This document shows positions 62,096 to 64,000 of a stretch of 64,000 bases of DNA, in pieces. Position 1 is the stretch's first letter, and every line of letters begins with the position of its first letter. The stretch is from assembly GCF_044704955.1 (NCBI RefSeq), contig NC_091990.1, positions 165,912,001 through 165,976,000 of the forward strand, in the 5' to 3' direction. The position numbers were made by a program, and so were the translations under genes. The DNA comes from Pristiophorus japonicus (Eukaryota). Under the pieces are notes generated by a model, which had not been told where the DNA came from, did not search any database, and saw only the letters and a list, made by a program, of their open reading frames with translations.

Positions 62096-64000
62096 AAGGG
62101 TTAAGTCATGGCAGGAGAGCTTTGACACATGCCCTGCTGCTCCTGTGCCATGTGGGAACTCAGGGACGCTTCCAGTGTCCCTGATGACTACATGTGCAGG
62201 AAGCGTATCCTGCTGCAGCTCCTGACAGACTGCATTGCAGCACTGGAGCTGCGCACGGATTCACTCTGGAGCATTCGCGATGCTGAGGATGTCGTGAATA
62301 GCACGTTTAGCGAGTTGGTCACAGAAACATAGAAAATAGGTGCAGGAGTAGGCCATTCGGCCCTTCAAGCCTGCATCACCATTCAATAAGATCATGGCTG
62401 ATCATTCACCTCAGTACCACTTTCCTGCTTTCTCTCCATACCCCTTGATCCCTTTAGCCACGAGGGCCATATCTAACTCCCTCTTGTATATAGCCAATGA
62501 ACTGGCATCAACAACGCTCTGCGGTAAGGAATTCCACAGGTTCACAATTCTCTGTGAAGAAGTTTCTCCTCTTCTCAGTCCAAAATGGCTTACCCCTTAT
62601 CCTTAGACTGTGACCCCTGGTTCTGGACTTCCCCAACATCGGGAACATTCTTCCTGCATCTAACCTGTCGAAACCAGTCAGAATTTTAAACGTTTCTATG
62701 AGATCCCCTCTCATCCTTCGAAACTCCAGTGAATAAAGACCAAGTCGATCCAGTCTCTCCTCATATGTCAGTCCAGTCATCCTGGGAATCAGTCTGGTGA
62801 ACCTTCGCTGCACTCCCTCAATAGCAAGAATGCCCTTCCTCAGATTAGGAGACCAAAACTGAACACAATATTCCAGGTGAGGCCTCACCAAGGCCCTGTA
62901 CAACTGCAGAAAGACCTCCCTGCTCCTATACTCAAAACCCCTAGCTATGAAGGCCAACATACCATTTGCCTTCTTCACCGCCTGCTGTACCTGCATGCCA
63001 ACTTTCAATGACTGATGAACCATGACACCCAGGTCTTGTTCCACCTCCCCTTTTCCAAATCTGCTGCCATTCAGATAATATTCTGCCTTCGTGTTTTCGC
63101 CCCCAAAGTGGATAACCTCACATTTATCCACATTATACTGCATCTGCCATGCATTTGCCCACTCACCTAACCTGTCCCAGTCACCCTGCAGCCGCTTAGT
63201 GTCCCCCTCACAGCTCACACCGCCACCCAGTTTAGTGTCGTCTGCAAACTTGGAGATATTACACTCAATTCCTTCATCTAAATAATTAATGTATATTGTA
63301 AATAGCTGGGGTCCCAGCATGCAGGTAAAAATTACACAGGCAGATAAGGAATGGGTGACCAGCAGGAAGAGCAGCAGAAGGTAGGTAGTGCAGGGGTCCC
63401 CTGCGGTCATTCCCCTCCAAAACAGATACACCATTTTGGGTACTGTTGGGGAGGATGACTCATCAGGGGAGGGCAGCAGCAGTCAAGTTCATGGCACCAT
63501 GGGTGGCTCTGCTGCACAGGTGGGCAGGAAAAAGAGTGGGAGAGCTATAGTGATAGGGGATTCTATTGTAAGGGGAATAGATAGACATTTCTGTGGCCGC
63601 AATCGAGACTCCAGGATGGTATGTTGCCTCCCTGGTGCAAGGGTCAAGGATGTCTCGGAGCGGCTGCAGGACATTTTGGAGAGGGAGGGTGAACAGCTAG
63701 TTGTCGTGGTGCATATAGGTACCAACGATATAGGTAAAAAAATGGGATGAGATCCTACAAGCTGAATTTAGGGAGCTAGGAGTTAAATTAAAAAGTAGGA
63801 CCTCAAAAGTAGTAATCTCAGGATTGCTACCAGTGCCACATGCTAGTCAGAATAGGAATTGTAGGATAGCTAAGATGAATACATGGCTTGAGGAGTGGTG
63901 CAGAAGGGAGGGATTCAAATTCCTGGGACATTGGAACCGGTTCTGGGGAAGGTGGGACCAGTACAAACCGGACGGTCTGCATCTGGGCAGGACCGGAACC
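62096..64000 (+). mobile_element. CR1 LINE 5' part (ORF1 zinc finger + esterase), running off the window
   Basis: CCSCAMWE...YMCRK, then IGDSIVR, VHIGTND and YKPDGLHL. Confidence 0.9.
62324..63319 (-). mobile_element. 5'-truncated CR1 inserted into ORF1 of another CR1
   Basis: RT C-terminus and 3' UTR on - strand; host reads gagttggtcaca | tgcaggtaaaa across it. Confidence 0.9.

Noticed and set aside
44936-64000. COX6A exon 3 (PFPWGDGN...)
   Set aside because: Not found by eye in the window; presumed to lie further downstream.

Overview
Eukaryotic, repeat-dense vertebrate DNA. The repeat set (CR1 LINEs with SGNH-esterase ORF1, Penelope/GIY-YIG elements, Deu-domain SINEs, Harbinger, Gypsy) suggests a shark or other cartilaginous fish; this is inference. 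Three host genes, none recovered intact by the ORF track, can be built from splice signals. (1) A complete preprogalanin gene (GAL, + strand): non-coding exon 1 ending at 3755 and five coding exons from 3881 to 16813, 119 aa, mature peptide [29 protein letters not shown]-amide. (2) Exons 1-2 of a divergent COX6A-family gene (+ strand, 30449-44935; exon 3 not found in the window) with transposon-inflated introns. (3) The probable first coding exon of an unidentified membrane-protein gene on the - strand (834-624). Best leads: a candidate cassette exon in GAL intron 5 that would add G-G-K-R after GMAP and so create a new amidated peptide; a second in-frame candidate exon in GAL intron 3; the mammalian GTRE element TGACGCGG in the GAL promoter; and a possible extra COX6A paralog. 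Transposon oddities include an 80-bp target-site duplication, a 70-bp-arm hairpin, decayed hammerhead cores, a Gypsy-CR1 chimera and a nested Harbinger. Everything was read by eye. Exon, LTR and TSD coordinates were counted exactly; ends of decayed repeats are approximate.
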